A stretch of 64,000 nucleotides of DNA from the NCBI GenBank assembly GCA_032718475.1, contig JAUCBJ010008048.1:1-64000 (forward strand), given 5' to 3'. Source of the DNA: Nemertoderma westbladi. Lineage: Eukaryota; Animalia; Xenacoelomorpha. Below, in pieces: positions 24,966 through 38,440 of this stretch. Position 1 is the stretch's first letter; each line of letters begins with the position of its first letter. Made by a program: the position numbers and the translations under genes. Under the pieces are notes generated by a model. It made no database searches and was not told the DNA's origin. It saw only the letters and a program-made list of their open reading frames with translations.

Positions 24966-26509
24966 ATGGATAAACTTATATAGCAGATATGATTGAGTTG
25001 ATAGAAGATGATCTTGGTATCAGGGAACGATATACTCTAACTTTACAAGCGTTTGTTGATAGCTTGATGCGCGGCGACGCTGGTCCAACTACTACGGAGG
25101 ACGATGGTCGTTATATCTAACCGCCAATGTCCCGGGAGCAACTTGCGCGTGGGTTAGACTGTAGAAAATTCACCGCTCGCTATACGCATCGTAATGGTAC
25201 GTATATGGACTTCTTAACTACTGGTCATCCTATCGACCTACACGATACGAACGATATAGACACCAAAGGGAAATGGTTTATTTAAATATCATACCCAGCG
25301 GAAGCGGAACGATAAACTGAGACTCGAACACGAAAATTCTATTCGAAACCGACTCGAAAGTGCAGATGTCGAAGAGCCGGATAAACGCAGCGACTCCACC
25401 AAATACCTGGAATTCTTGAGAGAAACCTATCTCGATATTACCAGTCAACAGAATCTAGAAACTCGATATCCTCAAGGTATACATCATGACCGCATGGTAG
25501 AACTCAAACGGCTCTATTCCACTATGATGTATCTTACCGCCTATCGATCGCTACCTGTTGTACCGGATAGCTTCGAACGGATGGAGGAATATTGTAAGCT
25601 GGAGAAAGATCACTCGCGTTTCCCCTACAAGACGTGCGTTTTTGGTATTATTGCGATGAATGCCCAAGACCCAACCAACAAACGGAAAGACATAAACATC
25701 CGCGGAGACGTTGCTTTAAACACGGTTTTACTCGCTATACTTACGGGAGTTTCGAGCGAAATTTGTTCGATGTATCACCTACGCTCGTTCGACTCAGACG
25801 ATCCTTAAATAAACCAATGATCAGAGTTTCGGAATACTCGATCAGAACTCCTCATTCCCTAGTGAGACTTCAGACTCTTGATCCTATTAGTATGACGGAT
25901 CCTCCCGAGTTGTACTCACTGCTCAAAGATCTAGTGTTACCTGAACAATTAGTCGGTGGCACCCCAGTTGTGGGCTTCCTACATATTAGCCCATTCTACC
26001 TAGCCGGATTGGGACGCAGACATTTAATATCGCCGTTTAACCCTTACCATCGTCCCGGCTTAACACGATATAACCTGTCACCAAAGTGGCGGAGAACGTT
26101 GTACCAAACGAGTTAAACGCTATTCTACAAAGATCAGAAAGGAAACCTGCGTTTGTTCAGATAAACGTAAGTTGTAACAGCAAGTCCAAGCGATAAACGA
26201 ATTGTCTTTATCTCAGTTCGATTGTGAAATCCAGAATCTCTAAGAAGATATCGAACTTAGACAACCCCATTCTCTGCGAGAGTTTTTGGATGAACGTATC
26301 CAGCTACGAGCGGAGGAAAATCAGCTCGAGGAGAAGCATATCGAAACGGCGGATACCCCGACCATAATCCTACACCTTCTGATGCAATCATATTGCACCC
26401 TTCACCCAGGATTTATAGCCCTCCTAGTAAAGTGGCTCGCCCCAAAGAGAAAAGGACTCTTGCTAGCCTCAAAAGGCTGCGTAAACGCCGTCCGCGTAAG
26501 AAAGACTAA
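24966..26509 (+). pseudogene. Decayed ~500-aa unknown gene inside the LTR element
   Basis: Overlapping protein-like fragments in shifting frames (MDKLI/MIELIEDDLGIRERY..., ORFs 25416, 25634, 26286), ending ...LKRLRKRRPRKKD* at 26509. Confidence 0.6.
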
Positions 26510-29500
26510 CTGTTTAGAGTATTTTTATATTTTAGAAACTGTGATTTGTTATATTTTATAGACTTAAATCCCATTTTCTGGGAGCGGTGTAAAAGCTTTT
26601 GCGTAATTAACCGGTTATTTCCCCTTAAAGTACTCTGTAGTTGGTTTGCCAGGCATAAAAAGGCCGTGTCCTTGCTGTACTGGTGTTTTAGAGGACATAA
26701 AAGTCATTTCTTCTGTATTTGTACTTTAGAGGACATAATCCGCAATCTCGTGACGCGATAAGCTAGATACTCTTGAAAACAGTGTCGCTACCATGACGAC
26801 GGCTAGCAGCTGATATTGCCACGTCGACATTTCATTTGTTTCTTTGTTCTCTCGTTGTTCGGTTGACCAATCAGAGCGTTTTTTGTCTCTGTGTTGGAGG
26901 TGGATACAGAACTCAGTAGTTCAGTGTTATGTTTTTGCCCAGAGCCTAAGAACACCGGCTTTTGGCACCTCCGTGTTTCAGTCTTTAGTCTTACATTAGT
27001 AGGCTTAATTATAGAACGTATATCTGTTATCTTACCTAACCATACCAATGCAAACGAGTTAATTCACTCACTTAATAATCATTTATACCTTAACTTTACT
27101 GCTTTTACTGTCGGTTATTCATTATATTGGTTGATGAAATATTATATCGGAATACTGATCAATAGTCAGACACCCCACCTTCTTGATATACTAAAGGTTA
27201 GAGAGACCGGTTACAGATAAACGATTGCGACCTATGTTAAGTGGTTTGAAGTGAATCTAATGCTATTTCATATGCCCGACATAAATTGTATGTTGCTCTC
27301 TTTATACGTGACCAAATTTAGTGAAGGTCGGCAGATTAGTGTGCAGTATTGTGCAGCATTGTGTATGAGTGTAACTGATAACAAAGCATCTCCTAAAGAA
27401 TGCGCCATATACGTGAATCTATAGCCTTTTCGTTGTATCTAGTTTAAGTCATAACTCTGTTTACATATTTAGAGCGCCACGTCCTAAAGGAACTGTTAAT
27501 ATTTCCCGAAAGTGAATAATATTTGTCAGAGATTATATATTACGATCAGTCGAATAATACAGTAGGCTTACACCATCAATCATTAAGCTCCGAACTCAGT
27601 CTCCCGGGTATATCCAACGGGTGAATGATTGCGCATAGACTGGCTTCGGCTAATGTAGTGTATCAAATACTCGTCATAGGCTAAAGACTATCTATCATCC
27701 AAAAGACATTCTAATTTTGGCAGGTTAAACTGTCAAAGGTCTTAAAATCGCAAACAATCTGTTTAGACTTGTTGCTATGGTAACTGTATTTTCTAATTAA
27801 CCTCAAACGGCTTGGATATGGATCTTATAGATGAGTTGCAAAACCCCAAGTTTATATATATTACAGTTTTGCTACAAATAGAGTTATCAATATAGATTTG
27901 AATGATATAGAGTTTAATAAACTACAGTTACCATGGTAACTAAATTTCTGGAATAATTTAAGTTTCACTAAAAGTTCCAACTAGTGGTCCAGATAACACA
28001 TACCCAGTTTTGTAAAATTTTATCGTAAAGTCTATGTCCAAATGAATAAGTTTTGAATAAAAACATCTGTTTTCAGCGGTTGTCATGGTAACTGAAAAAT
28101 AGAACAATGTAATTCGGATGCAGAATAAGTTATATAGTGGGGGTAGGGGTTGGTCCCAAGTCATAACACCTTGCCCTTAAGCCTCAAATTAACATTTTAT
28201 AAATTTTAACATCTGTTTATCCCGGTTGCCAAGGTAACTGGATTTTCTATTTAGCCTCAATCGGATCTGCTATGGACCTTATAGTTGTGTTGCGAAACCC
28301 CAAGTTTATATCTATTATAGTTTTCCTACAAATAGAGTTATAAATATTGACTTGAAATACATAGACTTTTTTTGAAGTCCGTTGCCATGGAAACCAGATT
28401 TTTCCTGGATATGAGACCCGGCCCAAAAGATGCGCCTCGTCGAGTAGTATATACATGCAAAATTTCAGGGTACTTTTAAAGGCTAGTTTTTTCCGGAATC
28501 AAAAAAAACCAAATCTGCCCCATACAAGTAAAATAGCCCACTATGAATAGACCATCTCAGCTAAGGAAAATCTTTCTTAGCGAAAGTAGTTGATTTTCCT
28601 TAGCTTCGTGGATCGCATTTAAAAAATAAAAGTGGCGATATATTTGTACGAGAAAGGCATTTCCTAAAGGAAATGCAACCACGAAGCTAAGGAAAATTAA
28701 ACAAACGGCCACACTTTGGTTCGTTGCTTGCTTAGCCTCGTTTAGTAGCAATTGTCAATAATTAACTTCTATTCCCATGGAAACTAGAGTTCGATGGAAC
28801 TGTTGCTTTAACCTTTGAAAAAAAATTCAGTACAGATTGTGGTTCAGATAACACATGTACTGAGTTTCAGAAAATATTGTAGTTTATGTCCAAATTACCG
28901 ATTTTCTATCAAAATGCATCTGTTTGCAGTGGTTGTCATGGAAACTTAAAAATAGAACAATGTAATTTGGATGCAGAATAAGTCATATAGTGGGGGTAGG
29001 GGTTAGTCCCAAGTCATAATACTATTATCTTGTGCTTCAAATTATCATTTTATAAATTTTAACATCTGTTTAGACTTGTTGCTATGGTAACTGTATTTTC
29101 TAATTAACCTCAAACGGCTTGGATATGGATCTTATAGATGAGTTGCAAAACCCCAAGTTTATATATATTACAGTTTTGCTACAAATAGAGTTATCAATAT
29201 AGATTTGAATGATATAGAGTTTAATAAACTACAGTTACCATGGTAACTAAATTTCTGGAATAATTTAAGTTTCACTAAAAGTTCCAACCAGTGGTCCAGA
29301 TAACACATACCCAGTTTTGTAAAATTTTATCGTGAAGTCTATGTCCAAATGAATAAGTTTTGAATAAAAACATCTGTTTCCAGCGGTTGTCATGGTAACT
29401 GAAAAATAGAACAATGTAATTCGGATGCAGAATAAGTTATATAGTGGGGGTAGGGGTTGGTCCCAAGTCATAACACCTTAACCTTAGGCTTCAAATTAAC

Positions 29501-32500
29501 ATTTTATAAATTTTAACATCTGTTTAGCCCGGTTGCCAGGGTAACTGGATTTTCTATTTAACCTCAATCGGCTCTGCTATGGACCTTATAGTTGTGTTGA
29601 GAAACCCCAAGTTTATATCTATTATAGTTTTCCTACAAATAGAGTTATAGATATTGACTTGAAATACATAGACTTTTTTCTAAGTCCGTTGCCATGGAAA
29701 CCAGATTTTTCCTGGATATGAGACCCAGCCCAAAAGATGCGCCTCGACGAGTAGTATATACATGCAAAATTTCAGGGTACTTTTAAAGGCTAGTTTTTTC
29801 ACCGATCAAAAAAAACCAAATCTGCCTCACACAAGTAAAATAGCCCACTATGAATAGACCATCTCAGCTAAGGAAAATCTTTCTTAGCGAAAGTAGTTGA
29901 TTTTCCTTAGCTTCGTGGACTAGAAAGGCAATTCCTAAAGGAAATGCAACCACGAAGCCAAGGAAAATTAAACACTTTTTGACTCATCACTTCATTGCTT
30001 TACAGAGTTAAGAGGCATATGCCTTTAAAACTTTTTCTCTTAAGATCCGGTTTGTGGTTCCAGGTGACACATACTTCAATTCAGTTTCATTGAGTAGTTA
30101 ATGTGCAAAACTAAGGATTTAATTGTTAAAACGTCTGTTTGTAGTGGTTGTCATGGAAACTGAAAAATGGAACAATTTAAATTGGATGCGGAATTAGTGA
30201 TATAGTGGGGGTAGGGATTGGTCCCAAGTCGTAATACCTTAAAGTTACGCTTCAAATAACCATTTTATAAATTTGAACATCTGTTTAGCATGGTTGCCCT
30301 GGTAACTAGATTTTTTAATTAACCTCAATAAGCTCGACTATTGTCCTTATCATTGAGTTGAGAAACCCCAAGTTTATATCTATTGTGGTTATTCTATAAA
30401 TAGAGTTATGAATATAGACTTGAATGATATAATCTGTAATAAACTCCAGTTACCATGGTAACTAGATATTTCTGGAATGTTTTGAGTTTTACTAAAAGTT
30501 CCAACTAGTGGTCCAGATAACACATAACCAGTTTCGTAAAATTTTATCGCGAAGTCTATGTCCAAATGAGTAATTTTTGTATTAAAACATCTGTTTTCAG
30601 CGGTTGTCATGGAAACTACAAAATAGAACAATGAAATTTGGACGCAGAATAAGTTATATAGTGGGAGTAGGGGTTGGTCCCAAGTCATAACACCTTAACC
30701 TTAGGCTTCATATTAACATTTTATAAATTTTAACATCTGTTTAGCCCGGTTGCCAAGGTAACTGGATTTTCTATTTAACCTCAATCGGCTCTGCTATGGC
30801 CCTTATAGTTGAGTTGAGAAACCCCAAGTTTATATCTATTATAGTTTTCCTACAAATAGAGTTATAAATATTGACTTGAAATACATAGACTTTTTTCTAA
30901 GTCCGTTGCCATGGAAACCAGATTTTTCCTGGATATGAGACCCGGCCCAAAAGATGCGCCTCGCCGAGTAGTATATACATGCAAAATTTCAGGGTACTTT
31001 TAAAGGCTAGTTTTTTCCGGAATCAAAAAAAAACAAATCTGCCTCACACAAGTAAAATAGCCCACTATGAATAGACCATCTCAGCTAAGGAAAATCTTTC
31101 TTAGCGAAAGTAGTTGATTTTCCTTAACTTCGTGGATTTATATTAATCGCCGGTCTTCCCTCTATAAGAAAAATGTTCAATTGAAAAAAATGATTGCATT
31201 TATACGAGAAAGGCATTTCCTAAAGGAAATGCAACCACGAAGCTAAGGAAAATTAAACAAACGGCCACACTTTGGTTCGTTGCTTGCTTAGCCTCGTTTA
31301 GTAGCAATTGTCAATAATTAACTTCTATTCCCATGGAAACTAGAGTTCGATGGAACTGTTGCTTTAACCTTTGAAAAAAAATTCAGTACAGATTGTGGTT
31401 CAGATAACACATGTACTGAGTTTCAGAAAATATTGTAGTTTATGTCCAAATTACCGATTTTCTATCAAAATGCATCTGTTTGCAGTGGTTGTCATGGAAA
31501 CTTAAAAATAGAACAATGTAATTTGGATGCAGAATAAGTCATATAGTGGGGGTAGGGGTTAGTCCCAAGTCATAATACTATTATCTTGTGCTTCAAATTA
31601 TCATTTTATAAATTTTAACATCTGTTTAGACTTGTTGCTATGGTAACTGTATTTTCTAATTAACCTCAAACGGCTTGGATATGGATCTTATAGATGAGTT
31701 GCAAAACCCCAAGTTTATATATATTACAGTTTTGCTACAAATAGAGTTATCAATATAGATTTGAATGATATAGAGTTTAATAAACTACAGTTACCATGGT
31801 AACTAAATTTCTGGAATAATTTAAGTTTCACTAAAAGTTCCAACCAGTGGTCCAGATAACACATACCCAGTTTTGTAAAATTTTATCGTGAAGTCTATGT
31901 CCAAATGAATAAGTTTTGAATAAAAACATCTGTTTCCAGCGGTTGTCATGGTAACTGAAAAATAGAACAATGTAATTCGGATGCAGAATAAGTTATATAG
32001 TGGGGGTAGGGGTTGGTCCCAAGTCATAACACCTTAACCTTAGGCTTCAAATTAACATTTTATAAATTTTAACATCTGTTTAGCCCGGTTGCCAGGGTAA
32101 CTGGATTTTCTATTTAACCTCAATCGGCTCTGCTATGGACCTTATAGTTGTGTTGAGAAACCCCAAGTTTATATCTATTATAGTTTTCCTACAAATAGAG
32201 TTATAGATATTGACTTGAAATACATAGACTTTTTTCTAAGTCCGTTGCCATGGAAACCAGATTTTTCCTGGATATGAGACCCAGCCCAAAAGATGCGCCT
32301 CGACGAGTAGTATATACATGCAAAATTTCAGGGTACTTTTAAAGGCTAGTTTTTTCACCGATCAAAAAAAACCAAATCTGCCTCACACAAGTAAAATAGC
32401 CCACTATGAATAGACCATCTCAGCTAAGGAAAATCTTTCTTAGCGAAAGTAGTTGATTTTCCTTAGCTTCGTGGACTAGAAAGGCATTTCCTAAAGGAAA

Positions 32501-35500
32501 TGCGACCACGAAGCTAAGGAAAATTAAACACACTTTGACTCATCAGTTCATTGGTTCTAGTTAAAAGTCATATGTCTTATTTCAACTCCCATCACCATGG
32601 CAACTGGAGTTTTCTAGAACTGCTCGGTTTTACACAGGAAGTTTCATTGCGTAGTTGATGTCCAAAATTAAAGATGTATTTTTGTTAAAACATCAGTTTG
32701 CAGTGGTTGTCTTGGAAACTGATAAATATAACAACGTTAATTGGATGCAGAATAAGTGATATAGTGGGGGTAGGGGTTGGTCCCAAGTCGTAATATTTTA
32801 ATGTTATGGTTTAAATAACCATTTTATAAATTTGAACATCTGTTTAGCCTGGTTGCCCTGTTAACTAAATTTTCTAATTGACCTCAATAAGCGCAACTAT
32901 TGTCCTTATCATTGAGTTGAAAAACTTCAAGTTTTGATCTATTATGGTTTTTGTACAAATAGAGTTAATAGTATAGACTTTCATGTAATAGATTTTAATA
33001 AACTCCAGTTACCATGGTAACTAGATATTTCTAGAAGTTTTGAGTTTTTCAAAAAGTTCCAAATAGTAGTCCAGATAACACATACCCAGTTTCAGAGAAT
33101 GTTATCGTTTAGTCTATGTACAAAATGAACAATTTTTGTGTCAAAACATCTGTTTTCAGCCATTGCCATGGAAACTGAAAAATAGAACAACGTAATTCGT
33201 ATGCAGAATAAGTCATGTAGTGGGGGTAGGTGTTGTTCCCAAGTCATAATACTATTAACTTGTGCTTCGAATTATCATTTTATAAATTTTTACATCTGTT
33301 TAGCCTGGTTGCCATGGTATCAGGATTTTTTAATTTACCTCAATCTGCTCGGCTATGGCCCTTATAGTTGAGTTGGGAAACTCCAAGTTTATATATATTG
33401 CGGTTTTTCTACAAATAGAGTTATGAATATAGACTGGAATGATATAGACTTTATTAATATACAGTTACCAAGGTAACTATATATTTCTGGAATGATTTGA
33501 GTTTCACTAAAACTTCCAACTAGTGGTCCAGATAACACATTCCCAGTTTCGTAAAATTTTATCGCGAAGTCTATATCCAAATGAGTTATTTTTGTATAAA
33601 AACATCTGTTTTCATCGGTTGTCATGGTAACTGCAAAATAGAACAATCAAATTCGGACGCAGAATAAGTTATATAGTGGGGGTAGGGGTTGGTCCCAAGT
33701 CATAACACCTTAACCTTAGGCTTCAAATTAACATTTTATAAATTTTAACATCTGTTTAGCCCGGTTGCCAAGGTAACTGGATTTTCTATTTAACCTCAAT
33801 CGGCTCTGCTATGGACCTTATAGTTGTGTTGAGAAACCCCAAGTTTATATCTATTATAGTTTTCCTACAAATAGAGTTATAAATATTGACTTGAAATACA
33901 TAGACTTTTTTCTAAGTCCGTTGCCATGGAAACCAGATTTTTCCTGGATATGAGACCCATCCCACACGATGCGCCTCGACGAGTAGTACATACATGAAAA
34001 ATTTCAGGGTACTTTTAAAGGCTAGTTTTTTCCGGAATCAAAAAAAACCAAATCTGCTCCATACAAGTAAAATAGCCCACTATGAATAGACCATCTCAGC
34101 TAAGGAAAATCTTTCTTAGCGAAAGTAGTTGATTTTCCTTAGCTTCGTGGACTAATACTAGAAAGGCATTTCCTAAAGGAAATGCAACCACGAAGCTAAG
34201 GAAAATTAAACAAACGGCCACAATTTGGTTCGTTGCTTAGCCTAGTTTAGTAGCATTTGCCAATAAATAACTTCTATTCCCATGGAAACTAGAGTTCTCT
34301 GGAACTGTTGGTTTTACCTTTGAAAAAAGATTCAGTCCAGATTGTTTTTCAGATAACACATCGAGTTTCAGAAAATATTGTAGTTTATGTCCAAATTACA
34401 GATTTTCTATCAAAATGCATCTGTTTGCAGTGGTTGTCATGGAAACTGAAAAATAGAACAATGTAATTCGGATGCAGAATAAGTCATATAGTGGGGGTAG
34501 GTGTTGGTCCCAAGTCATAATACTATTAAATTGTGCTTCAAATTATCATTTTATTAATTTTAACATCTGTTTACTAGAAAGGCATTTCCTAAAGGAAATG
34601 CAAACACGAAGCTAAGGAAAATTAAACAAAGGGCCACAATTTGGTTTGTTGCTTAGCCTAGTTTAGTAGCATTTGCCAATAAATAACTTATATTCCCATG
34701 GAAACTAGAGTTCTCTGGAACTGTTGGTTTACCTTTGAAAAAAGATTCAGTCCAGATTGTGGTTCAGATAACACATACCAAGTTTCAGAAAATATTGTAG
34801 TTTATGTCCAAATTAGCGATTTTCTATTAAAATGCAACTGTTTGCAGTGGTTGTCATGGAAACTGAAAAATAGAACAATGTAATTCGGATGCAGAATAAG
34901 TCATATAATGGGGGTAGGTCTTGGTCCCAAGTCATAATACTATTAACTTGTGCTTCAAATTATCATTTTATAAATTTTGACATCTGTTTAGTCTTGTTGC
35001 TATGGTAACTGGATTGTGTAATTAACCTCGAATGGCTTGTATAATGTATATGGACCTTATAGATGAGTTGCAAAACACCAAATTTATATATATTACATTA
35101 TTTTGCTACAAATAGAGTATTGAATTTAGACTTGAATGATATAGACTTTAATAAACTCCAGTCACCATGGTAACTAGATATTTCTGGAATGTTTTCAGTT
35201 TCACCAAAAGTTCCAACTAGTGGTCCAGATAACACATACCCAATTTCATAAAATTTTATCATGAATTCTATGTCCAAATTAGTAATTTTTGTATAAAAAC
35301 ATCTGTTTTCAACGGTTGTCTTGGTAACTGCAAAATAAAACAATGAAATTCGGACGCAGAATAATTTATATAGTGGGGGTAGGGGTTGGTCCCAAGTCAT
35401 AACACCTGAACCTTGGGCTTCAAATTAACATTTTATAAATTTTAACATCTGTTTAGCCTGGTTGCCCAGGTAACTGGATTTTCTATTTAACCTCAATCAG

Positions 35501-37674
35501 CTCAGCAATGGACCATATAGTTGAGTTGAGAAACCCCAAGTGTATATCTATTATAGTTTTCCTACAAATAGAGTTATAAATATTGACTTGAAATACATAG
35601 ACTTTTTTTTAAGTCCATTGCCATGGAAACCAGATTTTTCCTGGATATGAGACCCAGCCCAAAAGATGCGCCTCGACGAGTAGTATATACATGCAAATTT
35701 TCAGGGTACTTTTAAAGGCTAGTTTTTTCACCGGTCAAAAAACCCCAAATCTGCCTCACACAAGTAAAATAGCCCACTATGAATAGACCATCTCAGCTAA
35801 GGAAAATCTTTCTTAGCGAAAGTAGTTGATTTTCCTTACGAGAAAGGCATTTCCTAAAGGAAATGCAACCACGAAGCTAAGGAAAATTAAACAAACGGCC
35901 ACACTTTGGTTCGTTGCTTAGCCTCGCTTAGTAGCAATTGTCAATAATTAACTTCTATTCCCATGGAAACTAGAGTTCTCTGGAACTGTTGCTTTAACCT
36001 TTGAAAAAAAATTCAGTACAGATTGTGGTTCAGATAACACATATACTGAGTTTCAGAAAATATTGTAGTTTATGTCCAGATTACCGATTTTCTATCAAAT
36101 TGCATCTGTTTGCAGTGGTTGTCATGGAAACTGAAAAATAGAACAATGTAATTCGGATGCAGAATAAGTCATATTGTGGGGGTAGGGGTTAGTCCCAAGT
36201 CATAATACTATTAACTTGTGCTTCAAATTATCATTTTATAAATTTTAACATCTGTTTAGACTTGTTGCTATGGTAACTGTATTTTCTAATTAACCTCAAA
36301 CGGCTTGGATATGGATCTTATAGATGAGTTGCAAAACCCCAAGTTTATATATATTACAGTTTTGCTACAAATAGAGTTATCAATATAGATTTGAATGATA
36401 TAGAGTTTAATAAACTACAGTTACCATGGTAACTAAATTTCTGGAATAATTTAAGTTTCACTAAAAGTTCCAACTCGTGGTCCAGATAACACATACCCAG
36501 TTTTGTAAAATTTTATCGTGAAGTCTATGTCCAAATGAATAAGTTTTGAATAAAAACATCTGTTTTCAGCGGTTGTCATGGTAACTGAAAAATAGAACAA
36601 TGTAATTCGGATGCAGAATAAGTTATATAGTGGGGGTAGGGGTTGGTCCCAAGTCATAACACCTTAACCTTAGGCTTCAAATTAACATTTTATAAATTTT
36701 AACATCTGTCTAGCCCGGTTGCCAAGGTAACTGGATTTTCTATTTAACCTCAATCGGCTCTGCTATGGACCTTATAGTTGTGTTGAGAAACCCCAAGTTT
36801 ATATCTATTATAGTTTTCCTACAAATAGAGTTTTAAATATTGACTTGAAATACATAGACTTTTTTCTAAGTCCGTTGCCATGGAAACCAGATTTTTCCTG
36901 GATATGAGACCCAGCCCAAAAGATGCGCCTCGACGAGTAGTATATACATGCAAAATTTCAGGGTACTTTTAAAGGCTAGTTTTTTCACCTATCAAAAAAA
37001 CCAAATCTGCCTCACACAAGTAAAATAGCCCACTATGAATAGACCATCTCAGCTAAGGAAAATCTTTCTTAGCGAAAGTAGTTGATTTTCCTTAGCTTCG
37101 TGGACTCTTGTTGCTATGGTAAATGGATTTTCTAATTAACTTCGAACGGCTTGTATATGGACCTTATAGATGAGTTGCAAAACCCCAAGTTTATATATAT
37201 TACAGTTTTTCTCCAAATAGAGTTATGATTATAGACTTGAATGATATATAACTTTAAAAAAACTACAGTTACCATGGTAACTAGATATTTCTGGAATGTT
37301 TTGAGTTTCACTAAAAGTTCCAACTAGTGGTCCAGATAACACATACCTAGTTTCGTAAAATTTTATCGTGAAGTCTATGTACAAATGAATAATTTTCGTA
37401 TAAAAACATCTGTTTTCAGCGGTTGTCAAGGTAACTGCAAAATAGAACAATCAAATTCGGACGCAGAATAAGTTATATAGTGGGGGTAGGGATTGGTCCC
37501 AAGTCATCACACCTTAACCTTAGGCTTCAAATTAACATTTTAAAAATTTTAACATCTGTTTAGCCCGGTTGCCAAGGTAACTGGATTTTCTATTTAACCT
37601 CAATCGGCTCTGCTATGGACCTTATAGTTGTGTTGAGAAACCCCAAGTTTATATGTATTATAGTTTTCCTACAA

Positions 37675-38440
37675 CTACTACTAGGATCGGCATGCTGCAT
37701 TGCAGCTGCATTTTTAAGAATGCTGTGCCGGCTTGTCAACAAAATTGCACCGCCACAACTCCCTATCACCCATGACATTTGCTAGATCATCCGCATCTTT
37801 AAGGCCAGTGTCCTTTAAGATGCGTCTCAAGAAAGTCATGGGCTGTCCACCATGCTTATTCGCTCCATGAGGCTGCCAAAGTACAAGATTATGCACTGGC
37901 TGGTCCTCACGGCGAAAGCAATGTCCTGCAAAGCGGAGGCGATTTTGTTCTAGTGTCAAGCTTGGGGGAACCAATGAGACACCTCCAATGTTATATAGTG
38001 TCTGGTTGGAGATGTGTGCATTGTACTTGACACAATGTACCCGGCGTAGCATTCTTGTGAATGTGCCATCCAGAGATTTGGTGTCCTCAGCAGTTAGAGC
38101 CCAGCATGGACTCCCGTAGAGGAGTACTGGAACTACTGCTGCTCTAAATAATCGGACCTTAAGTTTCCGATTAATTCTAGGTGACTTCCAAATCCTGGAA
38201 AGCCTATTCAAGGCTGCCCATGCCTTTCCCTTACGTATTCGAAGGTCCTCACCTGACTTCCGGATCCATGATCCCAGGTAACAGAAGTCGTCCACATGCT
38301 CAAGCATACCATCCTTTGAGCTTATGCTCATCCGATCAGAGACTTGCTGAGGACTTTCAAAGTTAACTGTCAGAATTTTGGTCTTTCTGGAGTTAATAAA
38401 AAGACCAACACTAGAAGCAGCATGTTCTAATGAGCTGAGC
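37675..38440 (-). mobile_element. 5'-truncated RTE LINE inserted in a Helitron unit
   Basis: ORF 37714-38331 (FCYLGS...LLYGSPCW...RLRFAGHCFR) and TAG tail. 11-bp TSD TTTTC[C/T]TACAA at 37664-37674 and 38441-38451. Same family as 56165-57250. Confidence 0.88.

Larger units (their letters stand above)
12380..27757 (+). mobile_element. Non-autonomous BEL/Pao-type LTR element copy 2 (5' LTR 12380-, gag-protease, extra region, 3' LTR 26588-27757 truncated)
   Basis: Starts TGTAAAATCTTTT. The block 26588-27757 is a direct repeat of 12380-~13548 and is preceded by a purine tract GGGAGCGG. Confidence 0.72.
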
